The notes beneath the pieces were generated by a model. The model was not told where the DNA came from and searched no databases. It saw nothing but the letters and a program-made list of their open reading frames with translations. A stretch of DNA of 64,000 bases, taken from positions 96,001 through 160,000 of the forward strand of contig CAWCRS010000010.1 of NCBI GenBank assembly GCA_963798085.1. The letters run 5' to 3'. The position numbers and the translations under genes were made by a program. Source of the stretch: an uncultured Gemmatimonadales bacterium (GTDB lineage Bacteria; Gemmatimonadota; Gemmatimonadetes; Longimicrobiales; RSA9). Positions 19,541 to 29,266 of this stretch are shown piece after piece; position 1 is the stretch's first letter, and the number at the start of each line of letters is the position of its first letter.

Positions 19541-22500
19541 TGAACAGACGGGAGAACAGACCGCTCACGATCACCATGGCGAACGGCCGTTGCGAGTCGG
19601 TACCCACGCCGTGCGACAGCGCCGCGGGCAGCAGGCCGAGTGCCGCCACGAGCGCGGTCATCATGATGGGACGAAGACGCAGCACGGCCGCTTCGCGCGT
19701 CGCCTGGAAGATGCCCGCGCCTTCCTTGCGCAGCTCGTTGGCGTAGGAGATGTAGACCACGGCCGTCTGCACGGACACGCCGAACAGTGCGATGAAACCG
19801 ATGCCCGACGACACCGAGAAAGGCGTGTGTGTGAGCCAGAGAATGATCAGCCCGCCAATGGGCGCCGAGAGCACCACGCCGATGACCGTGATGAGCGGGA
19901 ACTTGAAGTTGGAGTAGAGCGCGAACAGCAGCAGGAAGATCACGAAGAGCGCCAGTGGCAGCACGATCTGCAGCTGCCGGCGTGACGCCTGGTACTCCTG
20001 ATACTCGCCGCCCCAGACAATGTGGTATCCGGCCGGGAGCTTGACCTGCTGACTCACCTGGCGCTGTGCATCCTGCACTGCACCGGCCAGATCGCGCCCC
20101 TCGACGGAATACTGGATGCCGATGAAGCGCCCATTGTCCTGGCGGTAGATGAAGGACGCGCCGTTCGCGACCTTGATGTCGGCCAGCTCCTTGAGCGGGA
20201 TGTGCTGGCCATCGGGCGTGGCTACCAGGATGTTGCCGATCGCCTCCGGCGTTTCGCGGAAGCGCGGCTCGAGGCGCACGACCAGATCGAACACCCGCTC
20301 ACCCTGCACGACGTCGCTCGCGGAGACACCGCCCACCGCGGCTTCGATCAGCTTGTTGATGTCATCGACATTCAGCCCGTAACGCGCAATGCGTGCGCGG
20401 TCCGGCGTAACCGTCAGGCTGGGCTGTCCCAGCTCCTGCACCAGCGTCAGCTCACGGATGCCGTCGACGCCGCCCAGCACACGCTTGATCTGCTTGCCCG
20501 TGGTCTCGAGCGTATCGAGGTCGGGTCCGAAGACTTTCACGTCGAGTGCGCTCTTCAGGCCGGTCTCTGCTTCGTCGACTGCATCCTCCGCAGGCTGCGT
20601 GTAGTTGAAGATGATGCCCGGGTACTGCCGCAGCTTCTGATCGATCGCAGCGATCAGTTCGCTCTTGTCGTGATACTTGCCGTGCCACTGGCCGTACGGC
20701 TTGAGGCCCACGAAGAACTCGGCATTGAAAAAACCCGTGGGGTCCGTGCCGTCATCGGGCCGCCCGTGCTCATCCGTGACGTTGGTGACCTCATCGAACG
20801 ACTTCAGAATGGCGCGGAACTGCGGTACCAGTGCGGACGACTCGTCGAACGAGATGGTGTAGGGCATGGTGGCGCGCACCCAGAGCGAGCCTTCGTCGAG
20901 GTGCGGCATGAATTCCGCCCCAATGCCGGGAATGAGCAGCAGCGATGCGCCGAAGATGGCGACGGACAGTGCGACGGTGAGGCGAGGCCGGGCGAGGCAC
21001 CAGTCGAGCGTCGCTGCATAGCGCTCCTTCACCCATTCGAATATCGGGTTGCGGCGCTCGCGCACGCCGTGGCGCAGCACCCACGCGCACAGCACGGGGA
21101 TCAGCGTGAGTGTTGCAATCAGTGCACCGACCAGTGCATAGATCGTGGTGTCCGCCATCGGCCGGAACAGCTTTCCCGACGGACCGGTCAGCGCGTAGAT
21201 CGGCAGGAACCCGGCCACGATCACCGCCACCGCGTAGAAGATCGGGCGATCCACTTCGCCCGCGGCCGCGACGATCACATCGCGAACGCTGTACTCGGTG
21301 CCGTGCCGCAGTGCCAGTTGCCGATGGATGTTCTCGACCATCACCACGGTGCCGTCGACCAGGATGCCGAAATCGATGGCGCCGATGGACAGCAGGTTCG
21401 CCGGGATGTTGCGCAGGTCCAGGCAGATGAACGCGAACAGCAGCGCGATCGGGATGGCGGCCGCGACGATCAGACCGGAGCGCAGGTCGTAGAGGAAAAA
21501 CACCAGCACCACAATGACCAGCACAATGCCGCGCAGCAGGTTGTCTTCCACCGTGTGCGTGGTCAGGTCCACGAGATTGCTGCGGTCGTAGAAGGGGTGG
21601 ATTCTGACGTCGCGTGGCAGCAGCGAGTCGTTCAGCTGCCGGGTCTTCGCTTCCACCGCCTTGAGCACGGTCTGCGCCTGCTCGCCCTTGCGCATGAGGA
21701 TGACGCCTTCGACGGCGTCATTGCGGTCATTGAAGCCGAACTGGCCGAGACGGGGCGCGTGGCCGATCGCGACCCTGCCCACATCCTTCACCAGCACGGG
21801 CGTGCCGCTGTGCGTCGCCAGCACGACGTTGCCGATATCCTCCAGCGTGCTGATGCGTCCCAGACCGCGTACGTAGTAGAACTGCCCGCCTTCCGAGTAG
21901 AAGCCGCCGCCCGTGTTGCTGTTGTTAGCGCTCAGCGCGTCGACGACATTGCCCACGGAGAGTCCTGTCGCGGCCAGGCGCGCGGGATCGAGGAGCACCT
22001 GGTACTGCATGGTCTCGCCGCCCAGCGGCGAGTCATCGGCAACGCCGGCCACCGAGCGGTACTGCCGCACGATGAACCAGTCGTTCAGGATCTTCAGGTC
22101 CATGGCCGACTGGTCGGGACTGTCCAGCACGTAGCGGTAGACCAGGCCGGAAGGCGAGAAGAGCGGATCGACGCCGGGACTCACGCCTTCCGGGATCTCG
22201 GCGTCGGGCAGGCGTTCGAACACCTGCTCGCGCGCGAAGTAGCTGTCCGTGCCATCCTCGAACGTCATGCGGATGGAGGACAGTCCATACAGCGAGATCG
22301 AGCGGATGATGCGCATCTTCGGGATGCCGTTCATTTCCGTCTCGATGGGAACTGTAATAAGGCGTTCGACTTCCTCCGCCGCGTGCCCGGGCCACTGTGT
22401 CGTGACTTCGACCAGGGGAGGCGAGAGATCCGGATACGCGTCCACGGGCAGGCGTCTGAACGACCAGATGCCGGCCCCGATCAGCAGCAGACTGAACAGC

Positions 22501-22586
22501 CCGACCAGGAACTGCTGGCGCAGTGACGCGGCGACAATGCCGTTGATGAGCGACGCGGCGCGCGACTCGTGTCTTTCCTCGCTCAC
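19473..22586 (-). CDS. CusA/CzcA family heavy-metal efflux RND transporter
   Basis: LPVDAYPD, ANLLSIGAIDFGILVDG, GKLFRPMA, RLRPIMMTALVAALG; 1037 aa. Confidence 0.95.
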   Translation of the reverse strand: MSEERHESRAASLINGIVAASLRQQFLVGLFSLLLIGAGIWSFRRLPVDAYPDLSPPLVEVTTQWPGHAAEEVERLITVPIETEMNGIPKMRIIRSISLYGLSSIRMTFEDGTDSYFAREQVFERLPDAEIPEGVSPGVDPLFSPSGLVYRYVLDSPDQSAMDLKILNDWFIVRQYRSVAGVADDSPLGGETMQYQVLLDPARLAATGLSVGNVVDALSANNSNTGGGFYSEGGQFYYVRGLGRISTLEDIGNVVLATHSGTPVLVKDVGRVAIGHAPRLGQFGFNDRNDAVEGVILMRKGEQAQTVLKAVEAKTRQLNDSLLPRDVRIHPFYDRSNLVDLTTHTVEDNLLRGIVLVIVVLVFFLYDLRSGLIVAAAIPIALLFAFICLDLRNIPANLLSIGAIDFGILVDGTVVMVENIHRQLALRHGTEYSVRDVIVAAAGEVDRPIFYAVAVIVAGFLPIYALTGPSGKLFRPMADTTIYALVGALIATLTLIPVLCAWVLRHGVRERRNPIFEWVKERYAATLDWCLARPRLTVALSVAIFGASLLLIPGIGAEFMPHLDEGSLWVRATMPYTISFDESSALVPQFRAILKSFDEVTNVTDEHGRPDDGTDPTGFFNAEFFVGLKPYGQWHGKYHDKSELIAAIDQKLRQYPGIIFNYTQPAEDAVDEAETGLKSALDVKVFGPDLDTLETTGKQIKRVLGGVDGIRELTLVQELGQPSLTVTPDRARIARYGLNVDDINKLIEAAVGGVSASDVVQGERVFDLVVRLEPRFRETPEAIGNILVATPDGQHIPLKELADIKVANGASFIYRQDNGRFIGIQYSVEGRDLAGAVQDAQRQVSQQVKLPAGYHIVWGGEYQEYQASRRQLQIVLPLALFVIFLLLFALYSNFKFPLITVIGVVLSAPIGGLIILWLTHTPFSVSSGIGFIALFGVSVQTAVVYISYANELRKEGAGIFQATREAAVLRLRPIMMTALVAALGLLPAALSHGVGTDSQRPFAMVIVSGLFSRLFISILLMPALYLLVARPQDRLEV

Positions 22587-23734
22587 TGGTTGGCTGCGAA
22601 CTGCAGGAACAGTCCGCCCTCCGTGACAATGGAATCCCCCGCCGCGAGTCCTGACTTGATCTCGTAGCGATCCCCCAGGCGCAGCCCCAGCTGGACCGGC
22701 TTGCGGGTGAAGCCCTCCGCGGTCTGCTGAAAGACAAACGGCAGGTTATCACTGTCGCGCAGCACGGCCGATACCGGGATCAGCAGGCCGCTGCGTTCCC
22801 GCCTCGAGTGCAGCGTCACGCGCACGTACATCGCTTTCTTCAGGAGACCATCGCGGTTGGTCGTTGCGATGCGCACGCCTGTGGCGCGCGTGTCCGCGTC
22901 CACCTCGGCGGCCACGTAGTCGACCCGCCCGTGGAACGCCTCACCGCCCAGGGTCAGCGTGATGTCGGCCGGGTCGCCGACGTGCACGTCCGCGAGATCA
23001 CTCTCGAACACGTTCGCCATCACCCACACGGTCGACATCTCCGCGATCGTGAAGCACGGCGTACTGCCCGCCTGCAGCAGCTGTCCCGGTGTCACCAGGC
23101 GCTCCACCACTTCGCCCGCAATGGGTGCGCGAATCACGCCGTGTGCATTGACCACGGGCTGGCCGTGCTGAATCGCACTCACGGTGGCGGAGTCCGCGCC
23201 CAGCGCGCGCAGCCCCTCGAGTGCGGCGTCGCGGTCCGCTGCGGCCGACGACGCATCCGTTTCCGCCTGCTCGAGGTCCTGCCTCGCCAGCGCGTCATTG
23301 GCGAACAGTGCCGAATCGCGGTGCACTACGCGCTGCGCGTTCAGCAGTGCGACCTCGGCCTTGCGGTACGCCGCGATGTTGTCCGCAAAATCGGGTGACG
23401 CGACGTAGGCGAGAGGATCACCGGCCGCCACACGTGCGCCGGGCTCGACCAGCAGATTCGTCACCGGGCCCGAAATCGAAGAGAGCACCTGCGTGCTCCT
23501 GTCGCCATCGAAATCCACGGTGCCCGTCACGTCGACCGCCGGCGTGAAGCGCGCACTCGCGACCGGCGCGATGTGGAAGCGCGACCGCTGCGCATCCGTC
23601 AACTGGCCTGCCACCGCCGGATCGGCGCCCTCCGGCGTATCACCCCTGCCGCCGCACGCCGCGGCAACGACTACCACGCAGAGCAGTGCTGCGGAGAGGC
23701 GTGCACCGTCCGCCCGCGAGGATTCAGTTCTCAT
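22583..23734 (-). CDS. RND efflux periplasmic adaptor (CzcB/CusB-like)
   Basis: Lipobox AAAC; IRAPIAGEV, VWVMANVFESDL, IPVSAV motifs; overlaps neighbouring genes. Confidence 0.93.
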   Translation of the reverse strand: MRTESSRADGARLSAALLCVVVVAAACGGRGDTPEGADPAVAGQLTDAQRSRFHIAPVASARFTPAVDVTGTVDFDGDRSTQVLSSISGPVTNLLVEPGARVAAGDPLAYVASPDFADNIAAYRKAEVALLNAQRVVHRDSALFANDALARQDLEQAETDASSAAADRDAALEGLRALGADSATVSAIQHGQPVVNAHGVIRAPIAGEVVERLVTPGQLLQAGSTPCFTIAEMSTVWVMANVFESDLADVHVGDPADITLTLGGEAFHGRVDYVAAEVDADTRATGVRIATTNRDGLLKKAMYVRVTLHSRRERSGLLIPVSAVLRDSDNLPFVFQQTAEGFTRKPVQLGLRLGDRYEIKSGLAAGDSIVTEGGLFLQFAANQ

Positions 23735-25040
23735 GAGTATCTCCATTGCCGATGCTGTCGAGTGCAACGCCCACAGCCCGTTCGAGGTCGGCGCGCGCAT
23801 CATTCGCGGCTCCCAGTGCCTCCGCGTATTGGCTTTCTGCGTCCAGCAGTGTGCGGCGGGTGTCGAGCACTTCCAGTGCGGATGAACCGCCCAGGCCATA
23901 GCTCACGGTCGCAATGCGAAAGGCTTCGCGCGCCTCGGGCAGCAGCTGGTCGCGAATGTAGATCGCCTGCTGCAGTGCCGTGGCGGCCGTGGCGTACGCG
24001 GTGCGCACGTCTTCGTCCACCTGCGCTGTAAGATCGTGATCGTCCGCTTCCAGCTGCCGCTCGAAGTGCTTGGCCTCCGCCACTTCGCCGGCCTGGTGGT
24101 TCCAGAAGAACAGCGGCACGCTGATGCCGATCCCTGTGGTGAAGCTGTTGGGTGCCCCCGACGCCACGTTCTTCTGTACCGAGATGTCAATGTCGGGCAG
24201 CCAGTACGACCGGGCCAGCGACGTGGCCGAATGCGCGCCGGCTCGCTGCCGGGCCATGCCCAGCAGCTCGGGACGCCGCTGCAGCGCGAGCTGCTCCAGC
24301 ACCGCCAGCTGCGGGATCGCCTCCGGTACGACCAGCGAATCCGCCGCCTCGAGCGACGCCCCGAGGATGCGACCCATGATGCGATTCAGCGCCGAGCGCG
24401 CGTTGGCCACGTCACGCGTGTTGGCGATCAACGCGTTCTCGGCCTGTGCCAGGTCCACTTGCGCCTTGATCACATCGAGTCGCGCGACACTGCCCTGATT
24501 GAAGCGCGCCGTGGTCTTGTCCACGAACTGCTGCGCCAGTCCCCGGCTCTCCTGCAGATCGCTCTGGTGCTGCAGTGCGACGAGCAGCGCGTCGTACGAC
24601 TGCGCGGCGCTCGCCGCCGTCTGCTGACGCAGCTGTTCGTACGAGAATTCCGCCGTTGCCACATCGGCGCTCCCCACGCGATGCCGCAGCACGAACTTGC
24701 TGGGAAATGGCACCAGCACGTCGAGGCCGAGATCGCTCCCGCCGTTGACGCCGGGGCGGCGCAGATTCGATTCGCCCACCACATCGGCGGAGAACGCGGG
24801 ATCAGGGAACGCGGTGGCCTCGGCGCGTCGGGCCCTCGCCTGCTCGATCTGCTCGCGCGCCGACGCGAGCGACGGGTTGTGCGCCAGTGCGCTGTCGATG
24901 GCCTGCCGTCGGGTGAGCGTCAGGGGCGGCCCCTGCTGCGCCCGCACGACGGGCGGCAACGCGAGCAGGGCCGCCAGCCCGAGCGCGGCGGAAATGCGCG
25001 ATTTCCTCAACGAACGCCTCCGGATGGTCGGTACGTGCAA
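23724..25040 (-). CDS. TolC family outer-membrane efflux protein (CzcC-like)
   Basis: Signal peptide; ALAHNPSL, ALQRRPEL, GISVPLF, YGLGGSSALEVLD; TTG start with GGGAG RBS. Confidence 0.92.
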   Translation of the reverse strand: MHVPTIRRRSLRKSRISAALGLAALLALPPVVRAQQGPPLTLTRRQAIDSALAHNPSLASAREQIEQARARRAEATAFPDPAFSADVVGESNLRRPGVNGGSDLGLDVLVPFPSKFVLRHRVGSADVATAEFSYEQLRQQTAASAAQSYDALLVALQHQSDLQESRGLAQQFVDKTTARFNQGSVARLDVIKAQVDLAQAENALIANTRDVANARSALNRIMGRILGASLEAADSLVVPEAIPQLAVLEQLALQRRPELLGMARQRAGAHSATSLARSYWLPDIDISVQKNVASGAPNSFTTGIGISVPLFFWNHQAGEVAEAKHFERQLEADDHDLTAQVDEDVRTAYATAATALQQAIYIRDQLLPEAREAFRIATVSYGLGGSSALEVLDTRRTLLDAESQYAEALGAANDARADLERAVGVALDSIGNGDTHEN

Positions 25041-25075
25041 CCCGGATGCTCCCGCGGGAGCTCCGGTCGGTGCAC
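25035..25075 (-). promoter_or_regulatory. RBS/start-codon-sequestering hairpin of the TolC gene
   Basis: Minus strand GTGCA-ccga-CCGGA-GCTCC-cgcg-GGAGC-a-TCCGG-gt-TGCAC; the 3' arm contains the GGAG SD and the TTG start. Confidence 0.6.
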
Positions 25076-25108
25076 TACTGCGCTACTTCGACAATGTGAG
25101 TGGCTGCG

Positions 25109-25453
25109 TCAGACGGGAGACGGTGGGGCGCGGGAAGGAGGTTGCCGCCCAATGGGGGCGCGCGCCGTGATGTGACTGGAAGAAGCAATACGCCGCACGA
25201 CGCGCGTGATGCACTCCCGCGTCGCTTGCGCTACTGGAAGCGTGGACTGCGCCGAGCTGGGGGTGAAGCCCAGCATGCAGTGATCGGCGTGGGTCGCAAC
25301 GCCCACCGCAGACTCGACGTTCGCTCCGGGCGAGTGCGCTGCGCTCCCGCCATGGAAGAGAACCGCGTCGAGCCCGCCGAAGCCGACCTCGCCCAGGAAG
25401 AAGACCGTGGCGAGGAACAGACCGTTGATGGAACGGCGGAGCCGCTGCGACAT
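25109..25453 (-). CDS. DUF2946/CzcI-like leader protein with C-terminal RAPP motif
   Basis: 114 aa; N-terminal hydrophobic segment, HADHC metal-ligand patch, C-terminal PPSRAPP; directly upstream of the efflux operon. Confidence 0.75.
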   Translation of the reverse strand: MSQRLRRSINGLFLATVFFLGEVGFGGLDAVLFHGGSAAHSPGANVESAVGVATHADHCMLGFTPSSAQSTLPVAQATRECITRVVRRIASSSHITARAPIGRQPPSRAPPSPV

Positions 25454-25556
25454 GGGCCCGTGGTACACGGCCGACCCCGAAATGAGCCTCAGCGTCATGA
25501 GTGGCTGTATTTCCCCGTCCACCGGGCCGGCTGTTACAAGGCGGCCGCCGGTCGCT

Positions 25557-28500
25557 TCAATCGCCGCCGACCTCCGGCAATCCCGCTGCACGCAGTCGCG
25601 CGTTGAGTGCGGGAAGGTCACGCGTCCGGACCCCCTGCCAGCGCGCGAGCAGCTGACCGAAGGCCGCGGTCTCACTGGTGATGGCCGCGACCAGCTGCGT
25701 GGTGGGCGTGACATCCGCGTCCTGCAGCATCTCCATGAGCGAAGCGAGCTGGCCGGCCACCGCCGCGAGCCCGGGCGCGCCGCCGCCGCCGCGACCGCCG
25801 CGGCCGCGGCCACCACCGCCCGCGCCTTCGACCGCCGCCGCCGCGGCATCGACTTCATTCACCTGCGTGAGCAGCTCGCCGGTCGCCCGGCCGCGCAGGT
25901 CGTTGAGCTGTGCGCGGACCGTACGCACCTGCTGCTGTGCGGCCGAGTCCTGCCGCAGCGCGCGGTAGAGCTGCAGGCTCATTTGGTACTGCCGCTGCCA
26001 CACCAGCGGCGAGGTCTTCACGCGCGGATCCATGCGCACGGTCAGTGGCGCCTGCTGCGTCGTGCCATTGACAGTCAGGCGCACCGTGTACGTGCCGGGG
26101 AGTACCCACGGGCCCAGCGGCTGCGGCGCCGTGTTGTGCGGTGTCGCCGAAATGGAGAAGCTGACGTTGTCCGCCGCGCCCGGCGGCGGCGACCAGTGCA
26201 GATCCCAGACGAATCTGTGCATGCCCGGTTCGCCCGACAGGATGCGCGTGGGCCGGATCCACCACGAGGGTACGTTGCCGATGTCCGTGATCTCGATCGG
26301 CTTGTCGTCGCTGCTGTATCGCCGAACGACCTGTTGCTGCGCGTCCAGAATCTCGAGCACGACAGGACCATGCGCGGCCGACGCCAGCGAGTAGTCGATC
26401 AGCGCCCCATCCGGCGGATTCTCGCCGGCCGGCTCATCGGGCGGCAGCGGCGTGTCCGGCCACTGGTCCCAGCGGAAACGGTACGCAGCGCCCGGACGGT
26501 ACAGATGTACAGCAGCGGTGGTCGTGGTCGCATTCATCTGCCGCAGCGGCGAGATGTCGTCGAGGATCCAGAAGGAGCGGCCGTGGGTGCCCAGCACCAC
26601 ATCGTTGTCCTTGATCACGAGATCGCGGATCGAAGTCGCGGGCATGTTCAGACGCAGCGACTGCCAGTGGTCGCCATCATCGAAGGACACGTAAACAGCC
26701 TGTTCGGTGCCCGCGAACAGCAGGCCGCGGCGCACACGATCTTCCCGCACCACGTTGACGACGCCGCCGTCGGGAATCCCGTTGGTAATCTGCTGCCAGG
26801 TCTTCCCGCCGTCGTGCGTGCGCCAGAGGTGCGGGCGCAGGTCATCGATGCGAATGGTGTTGACGGCGGCGTACGCCGTCAGCGAGTCGAAGCGGCCCGC
26901 ATCCATGATGGAGATCTTGCTCCAGGGCGTCGCCTTCAGCTTCCGGCGGCGTCACATCCTTCCACGTCTTCCCTGCATCGAAGGTCACGTGGATGAGACC
27001 ATCATCGCTGCCCGCCCAGATCACGTTCGTGGTGCGGTACGAAGGTGCGATGGTGTAGATCACGCCCGGGTGCCGACCCCTGGCCGCGGCGGTATTCGCG
27101 TACACGCCCACGCTCGCCGGCAGCACGCTGTCAGTGCGCGTCAGGTCCGGACTGATCTGCGTCCAGCTCTGACCACCCGTCGTCGTCTTCCACACCGTGT
27201 TGGACGCGAAGTACAGGATATGCGGATCGACGGTCGAGAACACCAGCGGCGCGGTGCGCAGCGTGCGATAGTCGCCGGCGCCGCCGCTGCGGCCCACGCG
27301 CGGCGACACGTTCTGCACCTGCCCGGTACGCCGGTCGTAGCGCGAGACCTTGCCGCCATAGACGATGTCCGGGTCGAGCGGATCGGGCGCCACGTAGCCG
27401 TACTCCTCGACGCCCACCGGATGCCACTCGCTGAACGTGATGCGGCCATCATCACTGCGACTCTGCACACACACCGAGCCGCTCTCCTGCTGCCCGCTGC
27501 ACACGCGATAGGGGAAGGCATTGTCGGTCATCACGTGATACATCTGACGCGGTGGGCTGGTTGTACCACGAGCTGAACGTCTCGCCGCCGTTCACCGTGA
27601 TGATCGCGCCCTGGTCCGACGCGATGAGAATGATGTCCGGGTTCTTCGGGTTGATCCACAGGCGGTGGTAATCATCACCGCCGGGCGCGCCGCGGAACGC
27701 CTTCCACGTGCGCCCGCCGTCCATGGACTTCCAGGAGACGACACTGCCCGTGTAGACAATGTCCGGGTTCATGGGATCGACCTTTACTTCCGCGAAGTCC
27801 GACGGCCGCGAGGCGGCGCGCGCGTCGTCCGTGATGCGGCGCCAGCTCTCCCCGGCGTCGTCGCTGCGGTAGACCCAGCCCTGGCCGTCGGATCTCGACG
27901 GTGGCGTACAGCCGGCGACGGGTCGCTGGGCGCGACGGTGATGCCGATGCGGCCGAGTCCGTCTGCGAAGGTGGGCAGGCCCTGCGTCAGCGGGCGCCAG
28001 GTGTCGCCGCCATCCGTCGACTTGAAAATACCGCTGTTAGGCCCCGTGAACGCCGCATTCTCCCACGGTCCCTGCCGCGCCTGCCATAACACGGCATACA
28101 CAGTGTTGGCGTCGCGCGGATCGAACGCCAGATCGACGGCGCCCGTGTCTTCATCCTTGTACAGCACCTTCTGGAACGTGCGCCCGCCGTCCACCGAGCG
28201 GTACACGCCACGCTCCGCATTGGGACCGTACGGGTGACCGAGCACGGCGACGAAGAGCCGGTCGGGATTCGCCGGATCGATGATGATCTGCGGAATCTGC
28301 TGCCCATCGCGCAGCCCGAGATGCGTCCACGTCCTTCCCGCATCGGTCGACTTGTAGATGCCGTCGCCCGTCGCCAGGTCGGGCCGCTGCAGACCTTCGC
28401 CGCTGCCCACGACACGATGTCGGGATTCGATGGCGCCACCGCGATCGCGCCAATGGAGCCGTTCGGCTCATCATCGAAGATCGGATTCCACGTACGTCCA

Positions 28501-28736
28501 TAATCCGTCGTCTTCCACACGCCGCCGTTCACCACGCCCATATAGAACACGTTCGGCTGGTCCGGCACGCCCGCGGCGGCTTTCGTCCGCCCGCCCCGAT
28601 GCGGGCCGATCATGCGCCAGCGCAGCTCGCGCAGCTGCGCCCCGTCCACCGACTGCGCCGACGCAACCGTCGTGTGGCAGGCAACGAATGCCAGCGCCAG
28701 ACTCACGGGCGCGGCGGCGCGCAGGTATGCACGCAT
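25557..28736 (-). CDS. VPS10/BNR (Asp-box) repeat beta-propeller glycosyl hydrolase-like protein; several frameshifts
   Basis: LRWRMIGPHRGGRT, GVWKTTDYGRTW, KSTDAGRTW, RSVDGGRTF Asp-boxes spread over ORFs 27987-28736, 27784-28410, 27452-27772, 26842-27543 and 25557-26906. Confidence 0.85.
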
Positions 28737-28931
28737 GAGGTGTGACTCCGTGATCGGTGTACCGCCAGCCGCGCGGCCGCGCGGGCCGGCCGCCTCATGC
28801 TACCGTGCGCCCACGCGCCCCGGCAACCGCAGCGGCTCCCCGTCGTTGCGCTGGCGGCAGCGCACTTGCCCGCCGCGGTCTCTTATCATACGATGTCAGA
28901 TGAAAACCCTGACATCGTCAGCAGGACAACC

Positions 28932-29264
28932 ATGCCGACTACCGAAATACAGGGAGAGTTCGAACATCAGGTGCTGCTGGCCGCACTGCGCCTGGGCAAT
29001 GCCGCGTTCACTGCCGCCATCGTGCTGGAGCTGGAGGACAAGTCACAGCGTTCCGTGGCGCCGGCCGCGGTATACGTGGCGCTGCGGCGGCTGGAGAAGA
29101 AGAAGCTGGTGCGTTCCGCGCTGCGCACGGGAGACGACCATGGACAGCTGCGCGAGCGGCGTTTCTTCCTGGTTACCAGTCATGGCGTGGATGCGCTGCG
29201 TGCGACGCGGGCCCGGCTGGGCCGGCTCTGGTCGGGTCTGGAAACGATTCTGGCGGAGCGCTGA
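28932..29264 (+). CDS. PadR family transcriptional regulator
   Basis: GEFEHQVLLAALRL...AVYVALRRLEKKKLV...RRFFLVT; AGGA RBS; alternative start 28893. Confidence 0.9.
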   Translation: MPTTEIQGEFEHQVLLAALRLGNAAFTAAIVLELEDKSQRSVAPAAVYVALRRLEKKKLVRSALRTGDDHGQLRERRFFLVTSHGVDALRATRARLGRLWSGLETILAER

Positions 29265-29266
29265 CC

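Noticed and set aside
20022..22526. Long antisense ORFs (e.g. 834 aa here; also 7263-9023, 25407-26996, 54355-56109)
   Set aside because: Shadow ORFs opposite well-supported genes, expected in high-GC DNA; no motifs.
25557..28736. Five separate genes or programmed frameshifting in the BNR-repeat gene
   Set aside because: The fragments are collinear parts of one family protein, no slippery sites were evident, and similar indels occur across the window.
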